IMG/VR virus record: IMGVR_UViG_3300043395_003277
Span: 1 to 64,000 of that record
Reading direction: 5' to 3' (one strand)
Length of the DNA stretch: 64,000 nucleotides
From: a virus
The position numbers and the translations under genes are program-made. Below the pieces are notes generated by a model. The model made no database searches, was not told where the DNA came from, and saw nothing but the letters and a program-made list of their open reading frames with translations. Of this stretch, positions 54,828 to 64,000 are shown piece after piece; position 1 is the first letter of the stretch, and each line of letters starts with the position of its first letter.

Positions 54828-55127
54828 GTGGATGAGATCCATGATTGCCCTGGAGGCGTCTGCCCTGTACCCTGGGCAGTGAAAGAGGAGCCTGTCATTT
54901 TGTCCCAGGACACGGTTAATCATCCATCGCATTACACCGATGGTGAAATCGAGTGCATTGAAGCAATTGAAGCTTCTTTAACTGCAGACGAATATCGTGG
55001 TTACCTGAAAGGCAACATACAAAAGTATGTCTGGCGCGAACGCCTTAAAGGAGGTACTGAATCACTGCGCAAAGCACAGTGGTATATTGAGCGCCTAATT
55101 CGATTAGACGAAGCTCAAAAAGGCTGA
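54828..55127 (+). CDS. DUF3310 family protein
   Basis: DTVNHPSHY..GEIECIEAI...YLKGN..KY.WR...KGG.ESLRKAQWY; start uncertain (frame open from 54621). Confidence 0.85.
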   Translation: MDEIHDCPGGVCPVPWAVKEEPVILSQDTVNHPSHYTDGEIECIEAIEASLTADEYRGYLKGNIQKYVWRERLKGGTESLRKAQWYIERLIRLDEAQKG

Positions 55128-55411
55128 AGGTCGTCTTCTTCATCATCGTACTCGTCGTCGTCATAAACACATGCGGCGGCGAGTTCTGCTAGTTCAATAT
55201 CTGTTGGAATATCAAATTCAATCGAAACGTTTTCGTCTTCCATCAAAGACTTGAGTGCATACCACTCCATCAATCTTTGGTGATATAAATTAAGAAGAGC
55301 GTAATACAGCTCTTCCCACGTCATCTCCTTGGCGGCAAGCTCTGCTTTGCGCATGGAAAATTGCAGCTCCAAGGGAAGCTCAAATTCCTTGGGTTCAACT
55401 GAACGTTCCAT
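55115..55411 (-). CDS. nblA: NblA-like phycobilisome degradation protein with acidic tail
   Basis: LPLELQFSMRK.E...KEMT.EE....LLNLYHQ.L......KSLM matches the NblA consensus pattern. Confidence 0.7.
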   Translation of the reverse strand: MERSVEPKEFELPLELQFSMRKAELAAKEMTWEELYYALLNLYHQRLMEWYALKSLMEDENVSIEFDIPTDIELAELAAACVYDDDEYDDEEDDLQPF

Positions 55412-55447
55412 TCCGCTCTGCATATTCTCAATGCAATTATTCTAAGC

Positions 55448-56107
55448 CTAGCCGCCAAATACAAGATCTGTGTCTTCGTGGCTGTACTCGCACCAGATAT
55501 TGTCATCAATCTGGAAGTCGTTAGCAAATTGCGACAGGATGTAAGGACTGATGTTTTCTTCCAGGCGCCTGATTGCACGCACCTCATGTGGCGCAGCAGT
55601 GTAATTCCTAAAAGCTTTCAAAAGGATTTCTGTTGACGACCAAGGATTGGCATCTATTTCTGTTAAAAATAAATTGATTTCTTCTCTGCGTCGATCCAGC
55701 AAACCTCCTACAACCTTGTGGTACACATCAAAGATCCAGTGCCCCATTTCCTCTGTTGCACTGCAGAAATCTTCCCTTTCAATTGCGTCAACAATACCGC
55801 TGTAAAGAAAAGGTTCCCATCCTACCGAATGGATAAATGAAATCAAGGCCTGGCGCATGTGATCATCCAGTCCAAGATTAAGCTTTAACAGTTGAGTGTC
55901 GATTACACCCACCTCGTGGAAGAGGTATTCCAGGGCTTTTTCTCGACTACAACGTTGCCCTTGTTTGACTGGTGAGCCATCTGGGTAATATTGGGTGCCG
56001 AAACCAATAGTGTAGGGTTCGACACCCGTGGCGGGATCTGCGTACGCCTTTTCGCTAAACCCTTCGTATTTACGAATTAGGTTAATGGCATGCGTAAAAT
56101 CCGCCAT
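55448..56107 (-). CDS. GH24 phage lysozyme
   Basis: IRKYEGF...AYAD......TIGFG; ALISF..SVG; GLLDRRREE. Confidence 0.88.
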   Translation of the reverse strand: MADFTHAINLIRKYEGFSEKAYADPATGVEPYTIGFGTQYYPDGSPVKQGQRCSREKALEYLFHEVGVIDTQLLKLNLGLDDHMRQALISFIHSVGWEPFLYSGIVDAIEREDFCSATEEMGHWIFDVYHKVVGGLLDRRREEINLFLTEIDANPWSSTEILLKAFRNYTAAPHEVRAIRRLEENISPYILSQFANDFQIDDNIWCEYSHEDTDLVFGG

Positions 56108-56202
56108 GGTAATAATAAATAGTTATCACCAATATACACAATTTTAAAAGCGACGGCCGCATTGCGATGCTACCCTGGCATTGACATGTCAATAAGCTTA
56201 CA

Positions 56203-56754
56203 ATGAAAGTCAAATCACTTCCGTCTTTTGAGGTATTATCGGAACATTTTGAACTTGCTGGTAACGATGTTGTATGGAAAAAGAACTATTTTAAAGCACG
56301 TGTCGGGAAGCGTGCAGGGTACAAACGGTCCGATGGATATGTTGAAATTAAATTTCAACATCAAAAAATGCTAGCCCATCGAGTTGCGTATGTTTTACAT
56401 AACAAAAAAGATCCTGGCGACTTTTTTATTGACCATATAGACAACAATCCGTCAAACAACAATCCAGATAATTTAAGGATTGCAACGCACTGTCAAAATC
56501 TTGTTAATTCAAGAAGACTAAGACGCAATAATACATCGGGCAAGCACGGTGTCAATAAAGCTATTGTTAATGGAATTGAATATTGGAAAGCGACAATCAG
56601 CATTGAAAACAAAAACTATTTTATTGGAGCATATGCAACAAAAGAGGCGGCAATTGCCGCCCGTGAAGTTGCCGAAAAATTCGCTTATGGAGAATTTTCA
56701 CCACTAACGGCCTTGCCCGCGCCACGGCTTTTTCCCCTTGCGCCTGGGTCTTGA
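56203..56754 (+). CDS. HNH homing endonuclease with AP2-like domain
   Basis: AHRVAY...IDHIDNNPSNNNPDNLR; NTSG.HGV...W.A.I...IGAY.TKEAAI.AR. Confidence 0.9.
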   Translation: MKVKSLPSFEVLSEHFELAGNDVVWKKNYFKARVGKRAGYKRSDGYVEIKFQHQKMLAHRVAYVLHNKKDPGDFFIDHIDNNPSNNNPDNLRIATHCQNLVNSRRLRRNNTSGKHGVNKAIVNGIEYWKATISIENKNYFIGAYATKEAAIAAREVAEKFAYGEFSPLTALPAPRLFPLAPGS

Positions 56755-56829
56755 ATTTGCTCCTTGTCCAATTGATGTTGTCTTGGGCTTGCCTTCGACA
56801 TGAGCAGTGTTGGATTTGGGTTTTGCCAT
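56704..56829 (-). CDS. 41-aa basic peptide (not in ORF track)
   Basis: MAKPKSN...KPKTTSIGQG.NSRP...KPWRGQGR, recurrent phage RGQGR family. Confidence 0.65.
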   Translation of the reverse strand: MAKPKSNTAHVEGKPKTTSIGQGANSRPRRKGKKPWRGQGR

Positions 56830-56834
56830 AAAAG

Positions 56835-57122
56835 TTACCAGTTGTAATTACAGGCCCACCACCCAGGAGTCAGTTTGTTTTTCTTCTCCGAGCAGTTGTG
56901 CCTGGCCTTGAAGTTAGCACGTCTATCCTCGTCTTGATGCTGAAGATAATCTTGATATCCCCTGGCACCAAAACGTACTATTGCTTCCTTGCCATCTTGA
57001 CAAGCCTTGACAACATACTTGTGCTTATCCCCCTTTGGAGCACGCTGCGGCTTATTACATTCCATCTTATCCTTCTGATATCTCTTAGCAGCTTTAGCTG
57101 CTTTTTTCCTTTGTTCAGACAT
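56835..57122 (-). CDS. basic phage protein (VRFGA.GY.DY...RR.NF.ARH.C family)
   Basis: motif pattern; coupled to large upstream gene. Confidence 0.75.
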   Translation of the reverse strand: MSEQRKKAAKAAKRYQKDKMECNKPQRAPKGDKHKYVVKACQDGKEAIVRFGARGYQDYLQHQDEDRRANFKARHNCSEKKNKLTPGWWACNYNW

Positions 57123-59944
57123 TAACTAAATCCTTTAAATAAAGATGTGAATTCGCCAAGGATTTTCTTTCCTGTAGTGGATTTGTAGTCCTCGTCTGTT
57201 TTATCTTCTTCAAATAGTTTAAAATAGCTAGGCGCACTTTCTTCCTCTTCTGTTGGTGCGGCTTCTTGATCAGAGAATAAATTCTCAACAGATGCCAGAC
57301 TTTCAAAGGGATCTTTACTAGTAAGACCAGCGTAGCTGCCACCAAGGGTCAGCCCGCCCGGCTTGGTGCCTTGCGTCACAAGTTCCATTTCACCTCGATC
57401 AATATCCGTCATAAAACTTCCGTAAAATTCATCTTCCGATCCTTGATAACCAGCATTTTTAAAGATCTGGTAAAGTTGCGTTTCTTCTCCTGTTCCTGTT
57501 GTAATAGGTTTTGCATCTTCTGGGCGTTCAATATATTCAACACCTAAACGTTCTTGTGTTGGCGTTAACCGTTTTTCGTTTAAGTATTGTATGGATTGAC
57601 GAATCTGCTGAGCAGCATTCGTGCGGAAAGAATTAATAATATAATTTCGTACTTCATCGACGCCAGCGTCAGTACCAGAGAGTCCTTGAGATTCAAGCAA
57701 TTTATCCCACTCAGCTTTGTCTGTTGTTGGATCAATCCCTTGCAGCATGGTATCTGCAAAGGTTTCTGGGGTAATGAAATTCATAAATGTCATGTCCCCC
57801 AGATCATTCTTCTCTGTTGCAATAGCAGGTATTAAGTTGTTGTCAATATAGTCATTTGCATCTTTAAACGTCAGAACATCTTCTGCAGCATCGAAACCAT
57901 AAGTGGTACCGCCAAGCACCTCGTAGTGTAGTTTTGCAAACTGCTGGGGGTCGTTAATATCCAATCCGTAATAATATGACCAATAAGCCCAGGTTTTTCC
58001 TGTGTCACCTACCAAGGAATTTGGATCGCTTTTGGCTGCTGCATAATCAGCGGCAATAGTTTCCTTTTGAGTTTGATATTTAGCAATCTTTGGATCATCC
58101 GGAGTGAAATTGCCAGTTGGATTAAGATAAAACTCTGGATCAAAAGCTTTGGCACTTGTGCTGTAAATCTGATTTAGATAACTGCGTGCCCTCAAATCTG
58201 CAATATCTTTCAATGCATCAAGTGCGCTTTGTGTTTGGAAAATATTCTGCTCTGCTTTTTCAACATCCATATAACTGGCAAACTCTGACATTGATTTTGA
58301 ACTATCAAAGCGTGGTACCAAGTAATCCTTAATGTATTTTTCCGCAAATTTAGCATCAAGAGTATATGTTTTTGTGGGATCTTCAATGTCCTGAAATGTT
58401 GCTCCTTCTTTATAACGTTGCGTGAGCTGCTCGTCAAACCATTTCTGCCAGTTGTAGACCGCTGTACTCCTAGAGGGCACTCCGGTAACTTTCTCTAGTG
58501 CGGATTTAAATTTATCTGCAGCACCTTCTTGTCCTCCCATCCAGCCCATCATGCCACCGGCGCTAAAATCGCCCATGATGGAATTAGTTAAATCACTGCT
58601 AAGCGAAAAAACTTCCTTAAAACCTTCTAACTGAGAGTACGTTTCAAATTGTTGTTCTTCTTGTTTTGCATTTTGCAATGCTTTAAGAGATTCCCGAAGC
58701 GTATCTAGGGTCATTGCCCCAAACATTCGTTCTTTTTCTCTTTCTGCTTCGCTGGCAAGCTGTGAAACCTTCTCGCCAAGAATGGCGCCTTCGCCTACGC
58801 CTAAAACTCTATCTCGATAAAGCTGATAATCAGCATCTGTCAGGTACTCTGTGTATTTTTGAACAAGTGCTGCGTTCTGTTCTTGATTGCCACGTGCCCC
58901 TTGGTCTTTACCAATGGTGGTGTAGTGGTAATGAGAATAAAGATTCCTATCAAAACGACCAAGGATATCAAGATCGTCTGTTTCAACAGCATTGTTAAAA
59001 CGCTGATCAGCTTGACTTCCTAAAGCGCCTGTCTGCGTGCGGTAATAAAGCGAGTCAAAGGGGCCAATCGGTGGTTGAGCACCTTCTGAGTCGTCCCAGG
59101 GCTGGAGGCGGTCTTTTAAATAGTATCCTTTGTAAGAACTTTTAGCTGCGTCAATAAAATAATCTTTTTCTTCTTCTGTTATATAACCACTATCGACGGC
59201 ATCTTCTAGTTCTTGTCGTGGAAGTCCATCGCGATTACTTAAATACTTGGGATCTTCCGGTGTTCCTGTTGCCGTCTTCTGATAATAATCTGCAACCTTA
59301 TTACTCCAATCATTTAATATTGAGTTTCTTGTATTTGTCCATTGATTATCTTTGTTATCAGCAACATATTGCTCCCTAAGTGCATCTTGCTCTTTGTTAT
59401 ATTCAACAGAAAGTTCTTCGCGTAAGCGATCTTGTTCTTGATTGTATTGAACAGCACGTTGCTCTCTAAGGGCATCTTGCTGTTGGTTATAAGCAGTTAC
59501 CTCTGCTTGAGCAGTTGTATTGTTTGTATTTAACTCAGTAATTTTTGTCCTAAGGCTGTCTTTTTGTTGTGTAGACAGTGAATCTAGGAAACCGCTATTA
59601 AATTGTTCAGATAGTTTTTTGTCGTAAGTTAATGCTTTTTCGTTCCAGCCGGATCCAGTGGGTTGCGTCCAGCTGATCTTTTTGCTTCCGTCTGCTAACG
59701 TTTTAACCCAAAACGTTGTGGTTGTTGGGTACTGTGTTGCGTAATCTGCTTGTGTTTTATATGGAAATTGATCTACAAAATCAACAGCAGTTGAATAAGG
59801 TAGTTGATCAATAAAGTCTTGAGCTGTTTTGTAAGGATAAATAACCTCTGGCTTTATAGTGCTATAAAATTCTGTATGATGCACCCCGTAATCAGTTGGC
59901 AGCGCAAAAGATTGCCAACCTGTTTTTTCATTCCATACAGCCAT
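57122..59944 (-). CDS. large acidic putative virion protein
   Basis: 940 aa; three YN.EQD.LRE repeats; two FD..YY/FY...HY modules. Confidence 0.65.
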   Translation of the reverse strand: MAVWNEKTGWQSFALPTDYGVHHTEFYSTIKPEVIYPYKTAQDFIDQLPYSTAVDFVDQFPYKTQADYATQYPTTTTFWVKTLADGSKKISWTQPTGSGWNEKALTYDKKLSEQFNSGFLDSLSTQQKDSLRTKITELNTNNTTAQAEVTAYNQQQDALREQRAVQYNQEQDRLREELSVEYNKEQDALREQYVADNKDNQWTNTRNSILNDWSNKVADYYQKTATGTPEDPKYLSNRDGLPRQELEDAVDSGYITEEEKDYFIDAAKSSYKGYYLKDRLQPWDDSEGAQPPIGPFDSLYYRTQTGALGSQADQRFNNAVETDDLDILGRFDRNLYSHYHYTTIGKDQGARGNQEQNAALVQKYTEYLTDADYQLYRDRVLGVGEGAILGEKVSQLASEAEREKERMFGAMTLDTLRESLKALQNAKQEEQQFETYSQLEGFKEVFSLSSDLTNSIMGDFSAGGMMGWMGGQEGAADKFKSALEKVTGVPSRSTAVYNWQKWFDEQLTQRYKEGATFQDIEDPTKTYTLDAKFAEKYIKDYLVPRFDSSKSMSEFASYMDVEKAEQNIFQTQSALDALKDIADLRARSYLNQIYSTSAKAFDPEFYLNPTGNFTPDDPKIAKYQTQKETIAADYAAAKSDPNSLVGDTGKTWAYWSYYYGLDINDPQQFAKLHYEVLGGTTYGFDAAEDVLTFKDANDYIDNNLIPAIATEKNDLGDMTFMNFITPETFADTMLQGIDPTTDKAEWDKLLESQGLSGTDAGVDEVRNYIINSFRTNAAQQIRQSIQYLNEKRLTPTQERLGVEYIERPEDAKPITTGTGEETQLYQIFKNAGYQGSEDEFYGSFMTDIDRGEMELVTQGTKPGGLTLGGSYAGLTSKDPFESLASVENLFSDQEAAPTEEEESAPSYFKLFEEDKTDEDYKSTTGKKILGEFTSLFKGFS

Positions 59945-60282
59945 TAAAAATCACCAAAGATAAAAACAGATTTTTGATTAGTCCAGGCTTCAATCCTATC
60001 AAGGTTTTCAAGTGAAAAAAACTCTTGTTTCTGGAACCAGGTCTTCATGTCTTCCGATCCCTTGTTGGCATTGCAACGCCGACAGCAAGGAAGTAAATTA
60101 TGGCGATTAGAAGATCCAGATTTAAACCGTGGGACAATATGATCCAAGCTTGTTGCTTTATCTAAGCAATATCCGCATTTATGATTCCAGGCTTCGTATA
60201 TACTTTCGCGAAATTTCTTTTTTGCCAATTTAGGAGTTAATTCAACTAGCAGGGCGAGGGGCTCATGCTCGTTGCAGTACAT
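59944..60282 (-). CDS. small HNH endonuclease
   Basis: CGYC....SLDHIVP..K.G....NL.PCC.RCN..KG. Confidence 0.9.
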   Translation of the reverse strand: MYCNEHEPLALLVELTPKLAKKKFRESIYEAWNHKCGYCLDKATSLDHIVPRFKSGSSNRHNLLPCCRRCNANKGSEDMKTWFQKQEFFSLENLDRIEAWTNQKSVFIFGDF

Positions 60283-60366
60283 ACTCTTTGATTGCCGTTA
60301 ATTTATTCTAATTTCCACACACGTATAAAGAACTGCTACTGACACATGAAGTTTAGATTAAGACTC

Positions 60367-60394
60367 TTGACGCAACACATGAGATGGGTATGCT
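60367..60394 (+). promoter_or_regulatory. sigma70-type promoter
   Basis: TTGACG-N16-TATGCT upstream of HTH gene. Confidence 0.5.
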
Positions 60395-60418
60395 GCGATG
60401 GCAAGCGTTACACGCGCC

Positions 60419-60640
60419 ATGTCACAGAGCACCGGATGGGTGTCCGTCCAAAAAGCAGAAGAGATGCTTGGGCTGGACCGCAAAACTCTCTTCAAGTACC
60501 GCGATGACGGCACCCTGAAGCTTGGTCCTCATTACGCAGCTTTTCCTGAGACCCGCTCCAGGGATGGTTACCGCTGGAACGTAAACGCAGTCAGGAAACA
60601 GCTGCGAAAGCTCGAGCGTGTTGCTGAGGTTGCTGCTTAG
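60419..60640 (+). CDS. excisionase-like HTH protein
   Basis: WVSVQKAEEMLGLDRKTLFKYRDDG.LK.GPHY...YRWNV. Confidence 0.75.
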   Translation: MSQSTGWVSVQKAEEMLGLDRKTLFKYRDDGTLKLGPHYAAFPETRSRDGYRWNVNAVRKQLRKLERVAEVAA

Positions 60641-61019
60641 GCTTATGGTAAAAGCTTTTGCGTAAACGATGCGCCAAGATTAAGTCAGTCACATTTAATG
60701 TGACCTCTTGATATGCCATCGTTCGATACAAGGACGAACAAAGGGGACCTAAGCAGCTCTGAATGTTTCGGGGCTGCTTTTCTTTTAGTTGAAACAGTGC
60801 AACCCACTGTGGGTGTAGTGGTCGAATCGATCTTTTCTTGTCGTCAAAAAGAATACAGTCTTCTTGCCAGGTCCACTGTTTATCACGAAACTGATCTGGG
60901 GTAATTCCAAATGTGGCAACCATTCCATAAAGCCAGGCCACGGATTTGGTTGCACGTTTCGCATCGAGGTTGAAGTAGTCATCCACGATGCGCTGATCAA
61001 GCGGTGGAGCGTGTCTCAT
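60591..61019 (-). CDS. degenerate tyrosine-recombinase-like protein
   Basis: WLYGMVATFGITPDQ and PLHPQWV..F.L resemble cyanobacterial integrase W.YGM.ATYGLRPHE / P.HPEWV; catalytic residues missing. Confidence 0.55.
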   Translation of the reverse strand: MRHAPPLDQRIVDDYFNLDAKRATKSVAWLYGMVATFGITPDQFRDKQWTWQEDCILFDDKKRSIRPLHPQWVALFQLKEKQPRNIQSCLGPLCSSLYRTMAYQEVTLNVTDLILAHRLRKSFYHKPKQQPQQHARAFAAVS

Positions 61020-61140
61020 GATTGTAATGAATTGAAGTACACCCAACCTATCACCACAGGCGCACTGGCAGCAGGATTGAAAGGAAACCTTAACGAGTCT
61101 ATTTAGACTCACTATAAGTTTACCTTATGGGTGTTTTTAC

Positions 61141-61371
61141 TTAGTCGGTGGGTCCTACCCCGCTGGCGAAAGCGGCCCAAGCCAATCCAATCGCTTCAAT
61201 AGTCGAGGTTTCGTTGTTTTCATACGGAAGATAAACAACATCTCCGGCGTGATACGTCACTGGTGTGCCCTCGTAACTAATCGGACTAAAGCCTCGCTTT
61301 CGTACTTCTTGTTGCTCTGGGGATGGAAGTGTAGTTGTGTCTACAACATCACCAAATTTAGGCTCAGACAT
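61141..61371 (-). CDS. hypothetical protein
   Basis: ATG at 61371 overlapping upstream gene end. Confidence 0.6.
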   Translation of the reverse strand: MSEPKFGDVVDTTTLPSPEQQEVRKRGFSPISYEGTPVTYHAGDVVYLPYENNETSTIEAIGLAWAAFASGVGPTD

Positions 61372-62974
61372 TTTTGAATACCAAAAGATTTTGAACAAAC
61401 CAACCCATGTGATAACCCTGCATCATTTCATTGCGAAGGTCTTCGGCCAAACGCGTGTCTTCACTCAAACCTTTTGAAACAAACAGAGAACGCCAATACT
61501 CTTTTTCTTGGCAGTTGATGTGTCCAACACCGCCTTGTCCAGGTTTTGCTGCTGTCCAAATTAAAGTACCACCTGGCTCAATTAAATTATAAACAGCATC
61601 TACAATTTCATAGTTTCTGATTGATTCAATGTGTTCTGCAACTTCCAGGCAGATTACTGTATCAGCGGAATCTGTAACGCTGAATAAGTCCTGGCAATAT
61701 AAGTGTAATTTATTTTTTACACGCTCATCTATGTCATATCCAATTGCTTCAACGCCCCGCTCTCGCAAGGAGTGGACATACATTCCTGGCCCACACCCAA
61801 CATCAATAACTTTTTGTGGTTTAAGTTCAGTATGTATCCAGTGCGCAAGTCGGTCAGCAAACGGTTTTTCTTCCTCCTCTAATTCTGCGTAATCAATATT
61901 CCTTAATTGATACCAGCCCTTATCATTTAAGTTCGCAATATCTTTAAAGATCTTGTCGTATTTTTTGCCACAAGATTCCAGGCCATATCGGCTTCTTGTC
62001 ATATCTGCAACGGCATGACGATCAAGTATATCAACTTGTTCTACGGCATCCATCCAATCTTGAAGAGTGTGACAACGAAATCCCGTGACCCCATCAATGA
62101 TGGTTTCTGTAAATGCGCCATAATCTACAGCAATTAATGGCGTACCACACAACATTGCTTCTACACCACTACCTCCGAATGGCTCCGTGAAATTCGTTGG
62201 CATTAATGCAGCTTTTGCATGACGCAAGAAATGAGAACGTTCTTTACCAACTAGTGGACCTCTGTAAATAATGTTTGGATGTTCCCAGGGGGATGGGTCT
62301 CCTTGTCCTGCAATTACAACCGGGATTGAACTGCGTGCGGCAATTTCTTTAACGGTGTCCATTCCTTTGACCGAACAAATGCGCCCAAGGAAAGCAAGGT
62401 AGCCACCCTTCTCGTACCGTGGATCCCACTCATCAAGATCAAAGTAATTAGGCACCACCCATTCATAGTTTTTGCCCTGTCTGTCTTCTTTGCCCTGGTG
62501 GTAATGCATCCAGGCATATGACTCAAAGATCCGAAAACTATTCGGCATCAAAGTCGGATATCCAATCCCAGTTTCGACATGGTGATGCGTGGGGAACTTC
62601 TCCATGAGGATTTGGTGAGCATGGCCAAAGGGATGACAAATAATGTCCCCTGGCTCCAGGCGTTTACGCATCTCAACGATCAAACGTTCTTCAAATGCTT
62701 GATGCCCTTCACTACCAACAGTTGCGTCATCCCCATGAAAATCGGTTTTCTTTCGATCTCCATAGAATTTTTTGAATTCTTGCCTGGTCAAGATCGGTAC
62801 GTGTTCTGTTGCACCTGCTTCGCTACCTTCGTTACTGTATTCAATCACGTCATAACCATATGCCTGCATCATTTTAGGAAAGCGTAAAGCTTTGCCGGTA
62901 AAAGCACAGTGGGAATATTCACTGGTTGCTTGTGTATGAAAAATACCGACCAGGTGCAAGCGAGGTTTTGCCAT
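61364..62974 (-). CDS. glycosyltransferase (GT4-like) fused to SAM-dependent methyltransferase
   Basis: FLGRI...KG; EPFGG..VEAM.CGTP.I; C-terminal IDVGCGPG...CLEVAEH...PGQGG.GHINCQ. Confidence 0.88.
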   Translation of the reverse strand: MAKPRLHLVGIFHTQATSEYSHCAFTGKALRFPKMMQAYGYDVIEYSNEGSEAGATEHVPILTRQEFKKFYGDRKKTDFHGDDATVGSEGHQAFEERLIVEMRKRLEPGDIICHPFGHAHQILMEKFPTHHHVETGIGYPTLMPNSFRIFESYAWMHYHQGKEDRQGKNYEWVVPNYFDLDEWDPRYEKGGYLAFLGRICSVKGMDTVKEIAARSSIPVVIAGQGDPSPWEHPNIIYRGPLVGKERSHFLRHAKAALMPTNFTEPFGGSGVEAMLCGTPLIAVDYGAFTETIIDGVTGFRCHTLQDWMDAVEQVDILDRHAVADMTRSRYGLESCGKKYDKIFKDIANLNDKGWYQLRNIDYAELEEEEKPFADRLAHWIHTELKPQKVIDVGCGPGMYVHSLRERGVEAIGYDIDERVKNKLHLYCQDLFSVTDSADTVICLEVAEHIESIRNYEIVDAVYNLIEPGGTLIWTAAKPGQGGVGHINCQEKEYWRSLFVSKGLSEDTRLAEDLRNEMMQGYHMGWFVQNLLVFKNV

Positions 62975-63037
62975 GGTTGATAAACGTTTTGACAGTATCT
63001 ATCAAGGATAGATCAAAACCAAACTAAAATACAGTCT

Positions 63038-64000
63038 TTATGCAAGTCTTGTAAGTTGCATGGTAGAACCAATTTGAAGAGTTATCGCCGAAGCGTTTAT
63101 TTCACTGGCAAATCGAATTTGGAAGTTACCCGCATTAGCGCCATTCTTAATGATGCCGCTAATGCGTGCAGTGTGGTTACTGTTGATAAGCGACACACCA
63201 GTGCCAAGAACGTTGCCTGTTGTGGTTGATCCAGCACTCGGAAACGTCGTGCGAAGCGCTGAAGCGACAGCAGTAGACGCAATTGGTACCACAACCTCAA
63301 CCATTGGAATGCAGTTAGTAGGCGATGTAAATCCTAAGTTCAAACCAGTTGTAGTTGCAGCGCTTTGGAATGTGACAAAACAATCCACTTGATACGTAGC
63401 GTTCGCAGCCAAAGAAACAACTAATTGAGTTACGTCAGCAAGTGCTGTAGAAGTGCTTTGCTGAGTTGAAGTTAAGCTGACTATCTGTGCAGAGGCGGCA
63501 GTTGGAGCAGCCCACGTTCCATCTGCTCGCAGGAAGTTTGAAGTGCCGCCACCTGATAATGGAGCCAATCCATTTAAAGTGGCGGTAAAAGTATTAAGTA
63601 ATGCAGTTGCCTCTGTTGCCGTTAAATCTTCAGGCGCTCCAGTGCCTGCTGTTTTTCTTCCTTTGAAAGTTGCAGTAGCAACTTGAGATAACATCGTATT
63701 AGTAACTGTTGCGGAATCTCCTGTAGTTACAACAGTGCCGGTTGTATCTGGAATTGTTAACGTCCTGTCAGCACTTAAGATGCCAGGCTTCAAGGTTGCC
63801 TCAAAAGAACTTGTGCCACCAGCACGGCCGGCAAGAACAATACCATCTTGCGTGGCAGTATTAGATACACGCACGGATCCAATAATATCCAGTGCATACG
63901 TTGTTGATGGGCTTGCGCCAATACCAACTTGACCAGTAGATAAAACCCAGAGCCTGTTGGTATTGTTGGTGCCAATACGAAAATCGTCAGCGCCGAGTGT
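63038..64000 (-). CDS. tail fibre-like protein, 5' end outside window
   Basis: frame open to 64000 (IGTNNTNRL...GQVGIG...P...LD), ADRTLTIPD.TGT and FLRADGTW fibre motifs. Confidence 0.75.
   Translation of the reverse strand, partial: TLGADDFRIGTNNTNRLWVLSTGQVGIGASPSTTYALDIIGSVRVSNTATQDGIVLAGRAGGTSSFEATLKPGILSADRTLTIPDTTGTVVTTGDSATVTNTMLSQVATATFKGRKTAGTGAPEDLTATEATALLNTFTATLNGLAPLSGGGTSNFLRADGTWAAPTAASAQIVSLTSTQQSTSTALADVTQLVVSLAANATYQVDCFVTFQSAATTTGLNLGFTSPTNCIPMVEVVVPIASTAVASALRTTFPSAGSTTTGNVLGTGVSLINSNHTARISGIIKNGANAGNFQIRFASEINASAITLQIGSTMQLTRLA

Overview
A 64-kb segment of a tailed dsDNA phage that almost certainly infects a picocyanobacterium (Synechococcus/Cyanobium-like). Host evidence is an hli gene, two NblA-like genes, a DUF4278 gene with an NtcA box, Dps and SpeD. 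Layout: virion-type genes on the minus strand (1-4.2 kb), then a divergent non-coding junction (4.55-5.04 kb). A long plus-strand early/middle region (5-28.9 kb) holds many small genes plus two SSBs, a PcfJ-like protein, ThyX, GP88, a T7-type PolA, Gp157 and tRNA-Leu. Next come a tail-fibre module (28.9-33.8 kb), Dps, a minus-strand tRNA/ncRNA cluster (34.4-35.4 kb), an exonuclease, primase-helicase, SpeD and a glycosyltransferase, and a palindromic origin-like region (~43 kb). The rest encodes lysis and tail genes, a Dam-like methylase, dCTP deaminase and further structural genes. About ten HNH-type endonuclease genes are scattered throughout. The most striking unexplained structure is non-coding. 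Three families of conserved structured RNA elements punctuate the early operon between a stop codon and a UCAAC-repeat leader: a covarying mini-pseudoknot in at least 7 copies, a switch-like double hairpin in 4 copies, and a UAAGUCC internal-loop hairpin in 2 copies. There is also a small RNA operon in which a tRNA mimic lacking a normal anticodon arm is sandwiched between two unknown GGG...CCC-closed RNAs. All calls are from manual motif reading; no database searches were run.
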